From Octopus vulgaris (lineage: Eukaryota): 64,000 bases of DNA. The notes below the pieces were generated by a model. It saw only the letters and a program-made list of their open reading frames with translations, was not told where the DNA came from and did not search any database. Of this stretch, positions 41,472 through 56,400 are shown one piece after another. Made by a program: the position numbers and the translations under genes. How positions within the stretch are numbered: the first letter of the stretch is position 1; each line of letters opens with the position of its first letter. The stretch spans positions 72,292,001 to 72,356,000 of the forward strand of contig OX597814.1 of the NCBI GenBank assembly GCA_951406725.2, written 5' to 3'.

Positions 41472-44400
41472 ACATATATATCAGAAACAAACTCTAATTT
41501 TAGGACTTACAACTAAAAGTTGCCATTCTTGAGCTTCTGTCAGTGTGTGTTGTTACCCAGCCTGGTCTTATAGAACTGTTCCTTAACTTGAAACTTGAAA
41601 AACCTGACAACCAAGGAAAGAAGGTAAGTTTACTTTTGGTTTTTTTTTTTAGATGAAGCAGTAAGTCTTAGGGGTTGTGTAAAAGAGTAATAAGCACTAC
41701 CTTTGCTCTTCTTACAAAGACAAAAAAAATATAAAAGAATCTTTCTGTATTTCTCTGATAATAGGGAGGAACAGGCTTATTATATTATAGGAATTTATTC
41801 CATTTTATGGAGATATTGAATTAGAGATGTGTGTCAGTGAATAGATTGAAGTACTGTAGTATGTCAGTGTTGAGATAGATATACTAGAAATATGAGTCAC
41901 TGATGGAAGCAGAGTGATGTAGTTGTGTAAAGATATTATTGTGTCAGTGTATAAGTAAAACCTGAGAAATTAGACATATTTAAAGAATTATTCATAGAGT
42001 AAATAATAAAAATGGTTGATGTTGATATTTTTTTTATTTTCAAATCATTTCAGGAGTTGACATTGGGAAATTCTAGTTGCTTAAATTCTGTGATGAACTT
42101 GATTGTTGTAGAGAAACAGGTATTGTATTTCTGGATATTGGACTATTACTTTTGTTGGAAATTAGTTTTGAAATGTGTTAAAATATCCTTCAACTATTTC
42201 AGTGTACCATAACATATCAAAATACTTAACAATGTGATATAGTACTACTGTTTGGTAGAGGTGGATCTAATAGTTTTATGTGTCAAATGACTGTCAATTG
42301 AGTTACATACTTACTGTTCTATATTTCCACATTTACTAACTTTATTCCATTCCTAGGAGTCAAGTCATTCTAGCTGGCATTACATGAAATTAGGAATATT
42401 TTCCAGTCTACTGTTATTATTTTTAGTTGATTTGTAGAAGTGTTAGCACAGCAGTCATCCTCATACCAAAGCCAACTTTACCTTTCATCCTTCTTCAAAG
42501 ATTTCTGCTTAATTATAAAACTTTGTGTACAACAATTCATACATATTTTATAGAAAGGAGATTTCTATATATCAGTTATACAGATTTATTTTACATTAAT
42601 CCATAAACTGTTAAATAAAGATAAAGAAATACCTATAATATTTTTCTGTAGAAAATATGACCTCTAATCAAGACTATCTCTTAAAGATCCCCATTAATGA
42701 AGAGAGTATCAATGTGGCTAAGAATATTGCTATTACATGTGGTGTTGGTTATATACAGAGTATCTCAAAGACAAATGATGTTATTGTCACTTAAGAGTGT
42801 ATATATGACTAAGTGTTGGGCTATTGATCTACTTTAAAGAAATATGAGAATATAAAACTAGAAACTTTTATCTTCTTGAAACCACATTGATATAAACCTA
42901 AGTATACCAATTAGATTGCTGTTTACTTATTAAAGATTTTTCAGTGAAAATTCTCAGACTGATTTGGTTTGGGATTTCTGCTGTCATTATGTAAATTATT
43001 AAAAGCAATCTCTATTTGTTCATTGACTGTATTTTATATTTTATATTCTTTACTATTTTCATATTTTTTTGGTTAGTAGTTGATTTCTGACACTAAATTA
43101 TGTATCCCAACAATGCTACTTTTGTTTATTATAATTTTATAAATAATCCGTCCAACCCATGCCAGTATAGAAAGTGGACGTTAAACGATGATGATGATAA
43201 TGAATGCATTATTGACAGGGGAATTTTTTCTTCTTTCTTATATGTTATCACAGCATATAAAACATTCTTACTCAATCTTTTCTTTTTATTTTGTTTTATC
43301 TATACTTTTCATTATCCTCTTATACTCAGTGAGTGTAGGGACTTTTACAAATTTATACATTTACATCATGTTACAAGCGTTTTTAGGGTGGGTGTTCATC
43401 TTAAAACTAAATGGGAAGTCAGGTTATCAACTAGATTGTATTTTGGCAAAAATCAGAGTACAAACAGTTGTTTTGAACTCCAGCCTATGTAATATCAATA
43501 GTACAGAATCCTAACCTTACCAGTTACAGTGTCTCTCTATTACAATGTCATAATATTTATTGTGAAAATTATCCTTTTGTATACATTTGATTTATGATTA
43601 TCTTTTGTTGGGAATGTTTTATAACAGAAAACTTACCAATGCCCTCCAAACCTTCTTTGTGCCTGTATTGAATTTCTACATGCCCTTTGGGCTGGTATGA
43701 GAGAGACAGCAATGAGTGTTCTCAGAACCAAGTAAGTTACATATTATTTATTATTACAGTTCAAAGATGTATCTAGAATGCTTTTGCATAAAAACAAAGG
43801 GAGGAGTACATGAAAATCACAAGGGTATACATTTGTTGTGCTTAGCTGAAAAAATGCTTGTGTAGGTGATTCTTAACCACATCAATAAATATCTAGTAAA
43901 CAGCTTCTATCCTAAATCCCAATGTGGAATTTGGACTTGGGAGAGGCACAATTTACATGATTTTTACCTTTAAACAAGTTTAAGGAGAAACATGTGAGAA
44001 AAATACTGACTTGTACATGGTATTTGTTGACTTAGCCAAAGCCTTTGATATAGTGAATTGTGAGCAGCTTTGGGAAATTTTGCCAAAACTTAGTCTTCCT
44101 GATAAGATGATAAGGGTAACAGTATCTTTGCATAAAGGAATGATGGTAGCAGTGATATCTAATGGTCAATGTTCAGAGGCATTTTCTGTTTTCACTGGAA
44201 CTAAATAGGGTTGTATTTTAGCTCCTGTACTTTTTGCCATATTTTTTCAATGATGCTCCAAAATGCTTTTAAGGATTACCACAAAGGTGTAAAATTTCAG
44301 TTTCACACAGACTGAGGTCAACAAAACTTAAATGGGTAAAGCTTCAGATCAAAGTAAGAAAAAGACCAAAGAAGGGATTCTATGTGGTTTACTGTTTGCT

Positions 44401-47400
44401 GATGACTGCGCTTTGATTTTTCATACATTTCAGGAAATTCAGGAAATAGTTGCCAGGTTTACTGCACCAGCTCATTTATTTGGGCTAACTATCAGCATTA
44501 AGAAGACTGAAGTTTTATTCCAAACAAAGTCTGGGACAGAACATACTCAAGATTCAAACATGAGGATTGACAATAAGCCACTCAAATGGGTCGGGTCACT
44601 TAAATATCTTGGTTGGAAGTATAATAAACTTTAAGAATACTCTTGATGCTGAAATCAATGTTAGAATATATAAGGCTACAGGTGCTTTTGGAAAACTTTC
44701 CTATCGTTTGTTGGTTGAAAATGGTGTCAGATTGAAACTAAAATAAATATATACAAACCTTGTATTTTGAGCACATTTTTGTATAGAGCAGAAGCATGGA
44801 CCTCCCTACTACAGACATATAAAGAAACTTGAAACCCTCCACATGTGTTGTCTGTGCAATGTCTGCAACATAAAATGGCAAGACAAGAACATCAAATATC
44901 AAAACTTTAGAAAAATGTGATATTTCACTATTGAAAGCATGCTGTTGATAATTCAGTGCAGATGGGGAGGACATGTTGTTCGAATGGAAGATGACTGCAT
45001 TCTAAAAATTCTTTTGTATAGCCAACAAGTGGAGAGATTCTGCAGTAAAGGAAGACCCATCTTTAGGTATAAAGATAAGTTGAAACGATCATTAAAATCC
45101 CTACAGCTTGATGAAACATTTTGGGAAAGCTATTGCTTAGATCAGTCTAAGTGGTGTAAAATGTGTTATGATGCATCTAAACAATTTGAGTTGAAGAAAT
45201 AGAACAATAAAAGAATTATATCCTACTATCAACAGGCCCTTTGTCCAATCCTAAGCAAAATCAAAATCACCAGTGTCCCCATTATGACTTCATAGCAAAA
45301 TCCATACCGGGACTCAAATTACATTCACAAAGATGTCCTATGTTATAAAGGTGAATAGGGACAGAAGATCTGAAGGAGAAATAGATGATGGTGTAGGATC
45401 CAGAGAGAGTTTTTGAAGGAAAGAGTGGTATGGGAGTAAGTTGGGGGGGGGGGGTATTGAGAAGGGAAAGATATAGGGAGAGGAAATGAGAAAAAAAAGG
45501 TGAAAGAGAAGTGGATGAATATAGTGAGAAAAGAAAGGGTATTGTAGAGTAGGGGAAGTCAGAGAAAGAGTAGGGGGATTGTAGGTGAATGCAGTGAGCA
45601 GTAGAGGGCACCAGCAAGGTGTAAAGATGGGTAGAGAGATAAAGGCAAGACTAAGTGTTGACTGGTAATGGATATGACCCAATGGAGAGTGTGTTGGTTT
45701 GTAGTTCAGCAGGACAAGTATAGCAGGGTAAATGTTGTGTAAGTAGGAGTGAGAGTTCAGTGTGAGCCTAGAAGACAAGGGGTTGAGATGTGAAGTAGAT
45801 GATGATGGTGTAGTCCTCCCAGATTAGTAGAAAGATGAGAGATAGTTGTGGCAGGGGTTGTGAGTGATAGAGGTAAGAGTCATGGAGAGGTGAGTGAGAA
45901 TGCAAAGTGAAGAGGAAGAGGTAAAGGGAATGGGTGCATAGGTAGGTAGATAGATATTGATAGTTGTCTAAAACTTTATGAGTCAGGAAAATAAAATGTT
46001 CATATATTGGTTAACAGAGTGGGTTTATTATTAGTAATAAAATATATTACATTCTCATAACAGTCACTTTACCTGTTTCATAGAAGAGTTGAGATAATTC
46101 CAACAATCTGAATGGAATAGTACAGGATGGGCTCTTTGTGATGTAGGTCTAAAAGTGTTACATTCAGTCTGCTGTAAAACCAGAATGAAATCTTTGGTCA
46201 AAACTAGGGAGAAATTTTTTTTACTTCATAGGAGTTATGCTCCTTGGATTTAGGAGCAAAAAAAAAAATCACTGTATGGGGTGTATTTGCTTCTAGGGTG
46301 GGGTACAGGTACAAGCAGTGGAGATGGCAGATGATGAAGTTAGGTTACATTTAACATCATTTGTGGTCATAATATATATATATTATATATATATTATACC
46401 ACAGCAGCAAGCTGGCAGAAACGTTAGCACGCCGGGCAAAATGCGTAGCCGTATTTCGTTTGTCGTTACGTTCCGAGTTCAAATTTCGCTGAGGTCGACT
46501 TTGCCTTTCATCCTTTCGGGGTCGATAAATTAAGTAACAGTTACACGCTGGGGTTGATGTAATCGACTTAATCCCTTTGTCTGTCCTTGTTTAGCCCCTT
46601 GTGGGTAGTAAAGAAATATATATATTATACCACAGTTGAGTGAGTGTGGGGAAAAACTCATGGAGGTGCTCCAATGCAGTTAGCCAGTATCCTAAGACAC
46701 AATCAGAGGTTGGTGCACTGCTGGACAAAATTCTTTTGTATAACTCTTTTCTCAACCAAGCAGTATAAATAAATTCAAAAGACAAACTATCTGATAAAGT
46801 GTTCTTTGCAATGGCTTGCTTAACCCTTTAGCATTTAAACCGGCCATATCCAGCCAAAATATTCCACTTGTATTATGTTCAAACTGGTCAGATCTGGTCT
46901 CTCATACCTACCCTACAATACCTAACCACTATATATCGTCTTACTGTAGTGAGTTTGAATTCTTCCCCTTACACTTAGAGAAAGGTGGATTTCACCAAGC
47001 TAGCTTCCTTTAAATATGCTACATGAAGTGAACTTTCATATTTCTACCACCCAATGGGGTAATTGTTAAAGCCAACGTAATCTGACTGACTTAACCCTTT
47101 AGTGTTCTGATTATTGTATCAAACATAATGCTTACTGATTCACATTGATTTGAATTAATCATGCATTATCTCATATCTTCAAGATCTTGATGGTGTAATT
47201 ACCTAATGTAGAATAACATTGTAGGGTAGGTGTGAGAGCCTGGATCTGGTCAGTTTGAACATAAAATAGATTAAATATTTTGGCCGGATATGGCCGGTTT
47301 AAATACTAAAGGGTTAAATCATTGTTATTATTAGTTATCAGTGAAAGGTTAAGGAATAGTTACAAACAATTAAAATCTTGATTAAAATGCTTAACACCAT

Positions 47401-50400
47401 TTAGTATTATCCCTCTATGTTCTGAAATGTGTCTTTACCCCTAGGGAAAGTGAATTTATTATTATTATTATGCCGCCACCGCCAAATTTCTATTGAACAA
47501 AACCTTCCTCTACATCTCTATATTAATTTTTTCAATTTATAAAAATATAAATTTATAAAGCTACATTTAGAACAAAAATATTGAATCATCAAGAAATGAT
47601 TTATCTCGGAATGAATTCAGCAGTAAATAATAACTTATAGTACACCTTGTTAAAAACCATGCTTTGTTGGATTACAAATGATGCATGGTTGGAGTCGTGC
47701 AAGTAGTTTTACACTGTTATCCCATTGTATGAAGTTTTTTACCTCGTGGATTATATTATTTATAGCTGAATTTACTTTAAGACACAGCCATTAATAAAAG
47801 TTTATTAAAAAAAACTACAATCTACATTTTGTAGAAATAGTGGAACCCAAGTTTTATTATAATCTTTCTTCTTGAATAGTTTTCAAAGGTTAATGTAAAT
47901 TATTCATACATCATAAAGACTTGGAAAATCTTAACTTCAATTTGATTATGTACCATATGAAATCTAAAAAAAAAACTTCTTTTTTTCGTATGACAGAGAG
48001 AATTTCTGGGTTAGTATATGTGCTCCTCTAAAAGGAGACATTGAAGATGACAATGAAGGCAAAGAGGAAGTAAGTTTAATTTACAGAAAAGATTTATTGA
48101 ACTGCATGGCATTGTTTTTTCTTGTAAAACAAAAAATAAAGTGTTTTTCATTTGATAGTACAAATCTATGGGGGGAAAAAAAGAAAGAAAAAGTCATATT
48201 ATTTTTCAAACTTCTTTTTAAATCGAATTATATTCAAATTCCTGTTTGAATGGATTTTTAATTGATAAACAAAATTTAATTATCAAATATTCTGATTTAA
48301 TTAACCTATTGTTTTTAAATCCCTTTAATCATGCTGTCAACTTTTTTGATATTGTTGCTCTAATTTGTAAAATATTCCTGAACAAATGATGATTCCTTGT
48401 TTTAATAAGTTCTCAAATTCCAGTTCTAATTGAATGTTTTACCATTATTTATTACTGTTTGGTTCTGGACATTGTTAAAGTCAAAGTAAAGTCTCAAATT
48501 CAAAAATTTAGAGAACTGTTTTTTTCTTATTCGGCTGAATGGACAGAAGTATTATCACATTGGTATCTTGTGGTCTTAGTTGGTGATTCTTTTGTTATGT
48601 TTCTTGTTTGTGATAGTGTGCAGTTATAATATTCATGCAGAAAACTACTTACACTATTACTTCATTAGTTATGAATTTCTACAATAAAAAATGGCCTGCT
48701 ACCTGTTACTAAAGACTATTATATCAACCTTCTCTTATCTCTTAAACACAGATTTTTCTGCTAGTCCTATTTGTTCTAGCTACTGATCAGTTTGTCTCTT
48801 TGAATCTTTCAATTTCTTTTTTATGGCCTTCAAACTATGACCTTCATAATGAAAGAAAAAAGGTCCTCATGTTTTTGAACTATGACAAACATTTACTCCC
48901 TTTAGTGAATGACACCAAGAGAAATAATAAGTTTTTTACCATTTTGTGCTTTATTTTTACACTTCAGTCAACTACACTTCAAAATAAATGTTGTAGTAAT
49001 TTTCCTGATAAACACAGTATTTATAGCCTGTTTTTTTCAAATCCAAAGGATACATTGACTTTCCTGAAATAAATGATATTAACAGGTTAAGATATTTCCA
49101 TTTGTTTTGTTGCCACTTATCATTTGATTATCAGAAATATTCATATTGTTTACTTGTAACACAGTAAATTCTATAAGGGGCCTTCATAAGTTTACTGTTA
49201 GAATCTATCTTTACTATACTGTTTTATGTTAATTAGAGAACAAAGAGGGCATCTAGAATTATGTTATAAACTCATTTATTGAAATTAAATTAACAATTGC
49301 TTTTTATTGTTAACATTCTGGAGACAATGTCATCTACCTGACATACAAGTCTTAATTTATTGCTACTTTTCTTTATGCTGTCTTTTCCTTCCGTCTGACC
49401 ATTATCTCCATTACCTTGATTCAACTACTTCTTTCTCCCAGAATATGGTTGACTACCTGTGAAGGCTACAGATACTGCCTCTCCTCATCAAACTAATTAA
49501 TAATTTTAAAATAATTTTGTGTACTTCAAAATCACATGGATAGAATGACATAGAAATGTTTGCAGTTCCTCAATTGCAAAATATTGTCAGTAATATCAGT
49601 TTTAAAATGTTATTCATTGAAGCTTCTTAATAACATCATCATCAAAACTCCTTTTACATTGCCTTTTCCATCTACTCATGTGGTTAGATGATCATCACAG
49701 GCCAAGCAAATTCATATTTATAGTTACTGTCCTCCTGGACAGGTAGTAGGACCATGTTTTGCTCATACATTTCAATTTTGGCATGTTTTCTATAGCTGAA
49801 TGCCTTTTCTATTGTCAACTACCTTACAGAATCTATTGGATGTGTTTCATTGTGGGATCAACATTAGGGAGGTTGTCTTGCCCTGATAACACTAAAGAGT
49901 CCTTTCTACCCTACAGTTTCTCAGTTCATTCACCTGCACCAGAGGCTCAGAGGGTGATAGAAGGGACAGTGAATTACAGTTGTGTGACAGTTGTTGGTAA
50001 GGAGATTCAATAGAAACAGAATGAGTGACATAAAGAAAAGAGATTGACAAGAGGGAAGCAGAATGAAACTATTTTGTCTCTGACTTACATATTAATGAAT
50101 TAAAATGTAAAAGTGACTTAAAAAAACCTACTGAAGTTTCTCACAAATTGTTCACAATCTTGCTGCCCTAACATAGTCCCAACCAACTGGCTGCAGTCAG
50201 TAAAAGTTTGTAAAATTTATTGATCAGTTTCTTATATCTTTTGTTTACAGATGCAGTTGTATAGGTTTGCTGACATCAAAACTGTAGCCTATGTCTTTCT
50301 CATCCTTGCACAAGAGAGTTATACAGTTCCAAGGTAATCTATTGAGTAACTTTCTTTTCTTTGCCTATTTTTTTTTGTTATTAGTTTAAGGAAGGGAACT

Positions 50401-53400
50401 GGGCCTATGACATTCTCTGTTGAAAGATGTCTAAGTAGGAAAGGCATGTACTAAGAGTGAATTCCAGAGAACCAACGTTTTGAGAAAGAACTAGGCATAG
50501 AGGTTAGTATAGGGCCTGTGGTGTTGAACACAATATGGATGAAAGTAAGAGAGACAATTAAGTTGATAATGTCTAAATAGAGAAAGCTTCAAGAAGCAGA
50601 GGTAAACTCTGTGGACTAGGGATTAGAGCATGTTTGTGAGTGACTTCACACCAATATTTTCTCTGGATGCAGTCTAGGATATCTCTTTGTGTATAATAAT
50701 ACCAATGTTCCAGATATGAGAGAAAAACTAAATATTCCATTGTAGATCTCAACTCAACTTTGTAGAGGGTTAATACTTGTTTGGAACTTGAGTATTTTTT
50801 AACTCTGAGAAGAAGAGTCAATGCAGTCTTTGTTATGTTAAGGATACAGGTTCTCAGGAGAGATACTCAGTGAGAGGTCAAGTATTTGAAGCAATCACAA
50901 GTGTTCTTAGTTGCATACCACTCATGTTTAGGGGTTAGTGGGTAGGGTGATGTGTGATAATGTTTTCTAGATTTATGCATTTTTTTATAAAACAAGTTTG
51001 TCATGTTTTTAAGGTCTTTGTTCCTGGAGTTTGTATAGATTTGGCATGGTAAGAGGTAAAAGCTCATTGGTGAGCTACATAGGAGAGTAGGTCTCCAGTC
51101 AGTTTATCTTTACAAAAGTCATAATGGTGGCCATTAAGAAATGAGAGGGATTCATGCTGTTGGAGACAATTGTTATTGATGGATGTCTCTATCACCTTTA
51201 AAATATTGGAAAGTAGAGGCTTTTTTCTTAAACTATTTTCACAGTACTGATGCAGTGGTCATCTCTATCAAATACAGATATCTTTTACAGGTGACCTTAA
51301 CTTCAATACAAACTTGTTATATCATTTTTGTAGCTTCTCTTTGGGAAATGTAAAATGTTTTGTTTTATAATGGCTACTTCATGTTTGACATGTACTTTTA
51401 TTTGTTCTTTCAACAGAGCTAAATTAGATGAAAATTTTAAGGCTGAGATGGCAGTACTTTCTAAAGGAAACAGAATAAAATATTGGTCTACAGTATGTAT
51501 TGTCAGTATTTGAAATATTTTTATTGAAGGGAATATATTTTTGTGTTATTATCAACAATATCTTTTAGTATTTAGTAATTGAAATTCCTGTCAGAATTTA
51601 TTAAACTTTCAAACACTGCATCTTCAATTTTTTTTATTGATTCAAATATTATCCTTATTTTCTTATTTCTGTTTCTTTTCAGTTTTTCATTTTCTTATTG
51701 TTATATGTTTACTTTATTTTCTCAAAGTGTTACTCTGGAACAGACTTTGCTAAGTTATTGACTAAGGTTGACTTAACTGTTATCTGTCCCAGGATCAAGA
51801 AGAAATTAATAAAAAAATAAGGTTAACAAAGCTACTTACTGTTTTGTTTTAATACTTTGCTTATAGGTTTAGTGGTTGAATTTTAAAATTATAAGAAGAA
51901 ATACAATACATGAGTTCACTATAAATATGTTGTTTAGACTCATTTAATACAAATAGGTTTGGTTGCAAGCACAAATATCTGACAAAATGAATTATACAGA
52001 AGTTGTATAATTACTGGATGTCTTTAATTATAATTAAACATATCAGATATTTGTGTTTCAAATAGTACCATCATAAATACTAAAAGTGAGTAGCATTTTG
52101 TTACATCAGTGTATGTATCTTTGTGTGTAAGCTTTCTAATTCCCTATGTATTTTTATTAATTGAAGAGCTAGAGTGACTCAAGAGCCTTGAGTTTGGTGC
52201 CATTGCATTTATCAACATCTGACAAGTGCATTGGCTTAAGACACTAGGCTAATAAAAATACAAATATTCTATTTCATTTAAGTTACTTCATTCTTGATCT
52301 AATCATTGTACATGGTATTAATAAATTTAAATATTTTATGATAATAGTTTATCAAGAATTCTCTAAAAGAAATTGCAGAACAAGATGACCTTCATGTCTA
52401 CTTGACCTATGACAGTGTCAAGGATGGTTCCCCATTACTTCTTCTAAAATCTTGGAAAAACTGGTTGATTACAATCTCTAAGTTAAAGGTATGTAAACAT
52501 TTTAGAGCTGGTCTTTATTTTCTTATTATTTATTGTTTGTAGGTTTTCACATTAGCTCTTATTTCTTACATTGTTTTTATCAAGTTAAAAAGGAATCATG
52601 GTCTTAAATTCCAGTAATTAAAACCTTTTTCTCCAATCTCACTTCATTCAGTTTGTTACATTGCTTTGATTTTTTTTTCTTTTTTAGATTCCTGGTGTAA
52701 ATCTCACAGATGAACTTAAATCACAAATTTTGTCTGATTTACTTTCTAGTATCCAATATTTAGTAAGTATAATTTATGATTTTTTATGAGAAACAACTTT
52801 ACATTACTCTGAGCTTTTGGAAATGAAATCTAAAATTTGTATCATTATTTTTCTCATTCTATTGAAGTATATTTTTTGTGTCATAAATTTAAGCTAGTGT
52901 TGACTACAAATAAATTTGGCCATAATATAAGGGGAAGAGTTCAAACATTGTTTTTAAAGCATCATTAAATTAAAAGAAGAGGAACCCTAAGATGATCCAG
53001 AATTCTACAGTTTTATATGAGTTTCTGTAGATTTGTTATCTTTATACAGAGATTTAAAATGTATTTATAAACTAAGATTTTTTGGATATACTGAAATCAT
53101 TTTGGGCATATATTATTCTGAATAATATTTTAAGATGATACATGTCCCAAAACCCTAATTCTGTCCCACTCATCAGTTTTATTCCTGAAGATGAAGCAGG
53201 TAGTAATTTGTTTTAGGGTTTGTTATGGGGTTAGTTAGCTTTATATAGGGTTATGGGGCTGATGCCAGTGCTGTCTGACTGGCACCCATACTGATGGCAC
53301 ATAAAAAGCACAATTCAAGCGTCGCTGATGTCTGTGATCCCTGACTGGCATCTGTGCCGATGGCACATAAGAAACACTATTCTAGTGTTGCCAATGCCAG

Positions 53401-56400
53401 TGTCGCTTGATTGGCTCCCATGTCAGTGGCATGTAAAAAGCAACATTCAAGTATGGCCAGTGCCAATGGCATGCAAAAATCTCTATTTGAGCGTGACCAA
53501 TGCCAGTGCCACCTGACTGGCACCCGTGCCAGTAACATGTAAAAACATCATTTGAGTGTGGTTGATGCCAGTGCCATTCGAATGTGACCGATGCATGTAA
53601 AAGGCACCATTCAAGCATGACTGATGCCAGTATCGCCTGAGTGGCACCTGACATGTAAAAAGTACCATTTGAGTGTGGTCTATGCCAGTGCAGTGGCACA
53701 TAAAAAGCACTCACTACACTCTCAATGTGGCTGGCATTAGGAAGGATATCAAGTTGTAGAAACCTTGCCAAATCAGATTGGAGCCCGGTGCAGCCTCCTT
53801 GCTTGCCAGTCATCAATCAAACTGTCCAACCCATGCCAGTGTGAAAAACTGATGTTAAACAATGATGATGATAGGGCTAATAAGATTCTGCTGACATCAA
53901 CTTTGCCTTTCATCCTTTCAGGATCGATAAAAATGTACCAATCGAAGGTGGTGGATTAATGGAACTGGGAGAATGTCAGATCAAATACCTTGTGGTATTT
54001 GTTCTGGTACTTTGTATTATGAGTTCAAATTTTGCTATGGCCTGTGTGGGTGGTGGACTTAACCTGTTTCTTGATTTAACACCACCACTTTAGGGACCTT
54101 TAGCAGAATTCACTCCATTGCATTATCTGGGCCAGATTTAATGTTCCTACCCCACTTCCTCCTACCAGTCTTGGAGACCTTAAAACAGATCATGAATATT
54201 GCCTTTCTTCTTAAAAGATAAAAGAAAAAGAAAATTAAACTTTATCATCCAAACTGTAAACATAGATACTGCTCCCAGTCAGTGTTAGCCTCCTATAAGT
54301 CCAATGTAATGTTGTAGAAAGGAGAATGTGAGAATCCTGTATTTATTTGGTTTTTACACTTATTTTTCAAAATATATCTTTGCTCTGCTCCAGGTAAAGG
54401 ATGATTTGTCTTTGTATAAAGTAAAGCTGGCTTGTATCACCAGTGCCACTTATTTCACAGTTATGACCAGTTGGGTGAGGTAAATTATACCACTTTCATT
54501 TTATTTAATTATCAATCCTTCTAAACTTAATTATGTTTATTTCTTTTTCTAAATTTAATAAAACAATCCAACTAAACAAGCAGATTCAGATATAATTGCC
54601 TGCTTTCCTCAAAATTTAAGACCCATATTGTCTAAAAAGGAAAGAAGTAACCAAAAGTATTAGATAGCTATCTGGAAAAATGTATGGACACAATGATCCA
54701 CTCCTCTTTGTTGTTCTAAATAAATAAATTGTTGTTCTGATATGGTACTCAACTCATTTTAAAGATGTCAATAAAAAGGTAACAAATTCAAAACAAAATG
54801 TGTATAATAGTGATTATTATATATACATTATATCTTAACACAGTTTGGAAACTAAACATGTCATTTTATAATCAGAATTTCAAGTTAAATATCAGGCCAT
54901 TAAGAACGAAATGTCTGATTTTCTTATGCACCAAGTTTGACAGTCATTAACACTAATGTTCAATCCTGACAATTCTTTGTTTTAGATCACTTTTCAAAAT
55001 GCAATTCATGGGGTCTGATTATATTGTGAGTTTTCTCTTGTAAATGAATTTTTGTGAACCCATGGATAAATCAAAAATTCATGTTGCTTATGAATATGAG
55101 TTCTGTCATGGAACCAATGCCTCCCAGACAGCTTGAAACATAAATGAGGTGTTTGGTGAAGATGAGCAAATTGTACATCGATGATTTGAGAAGTTCCGGT
55201 CTGGGGTCTTTGCTCTTGAAAATCAACCTTGTGGTAGACCTGAGACCAAGATAGATGAGCTGGAAACTGTAGTGGAAGCAGATACACCTCAAATTAGGCA
55301 TGAGTTAGCAGCAAGGTTTGATATTTCGATTGCAACTATATTGGACCATCTGAAACAAATCAGCATGATAAAGAAGTTGCATAGGTGGTACCACATGAAC
55401 TGGAATAGCATCAGATGACATGTCATCTTGAAACTTCCTGTTCTTTGCTGTCACAGCATAAAAGCAAACCATTTTTGCATCATATTGTTATGTGTGATGA
55501 AAAATGGATTCTTTTCAACAATAGCAAGCATTCTGCATATTGGTTGGATAAAGACGATGTGCCAAAGCACAAAAAAAAAAATTATTCACCAAAAAAGCTA
55601 ATGGTGTCTGTTTGGTGGCCCAGCACTGGTATCATCCACTACAGCTTCATGACACCTGGTAAGTCAATTACAGCAGATGTATACATCAACCAATTGGATG
55701 AAATGATGAGTGAACTTGCAATTAAACAACCAAGATTGGTCAACAGAGACAAGCCAATTCTCTTGCAAGACAATGTTTCACAAAGAATGCTACTCAAGTT
55801 ACAGGAACTGAACTTGGAAGTAAGTACTCTGTCATCCACCATATTCACCAGACTTTGCACCCGTCTGACTATCATGTTTTCCAGGCTTTAGACAACATTT
55901 TGCAAGTAAAAAACTTCAAATCTGAAAAAGATGCAAAAACAGCCTTTCATGATTTCATTACCTCTTGCTCTCCTGAATTCTTCACTGCCAGCTTAAATAG
56001 GCCACTGATAAAATGGCAAAATTGTGTTTATAATTTAGGTGTATTGCTTTTTGTTGAGATAAAATAAAATAAACTTTCAGTTCAAAATTGGACACTCTTA
56101 ATGGACTTTCAATTCTTAATGACCTGATATAAAAGAAACTTTATCCAGTTTACAAAATTTCAGTTTTCTTTAAAGCCTAGTTCCATTTGTATCACCATAG
56201 CTTTAGGATCTTATTTTCCTGCTTCAGTTCTATGAATCATTGGAGAGAAATTCTTGAACAGCTGCAGCTAACCTTGGACACAAGTTTTAGTAATAAAGAA
56301 TTCCTTATACCAACTGTTCAGATAGGTTTGGTGGCTTCCATGACAACATTATTACAACTTCAAAATCATCAGCAGGCAAACAGTAAGTCTCAATTATTGA

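Noticed and set aside
45290-45960. Long minus-strand ORFs (111 and 146 aa)
   Set aside because: They come from a purine-rich low-complexity tract, and the S/P/L/F-biased translation has no recognisable domain.
53140-53230. CTGATGAG on the minus strand suggesting a third hammerhead
   Set aside because: No closing stem II with GAAA at the right spacing.
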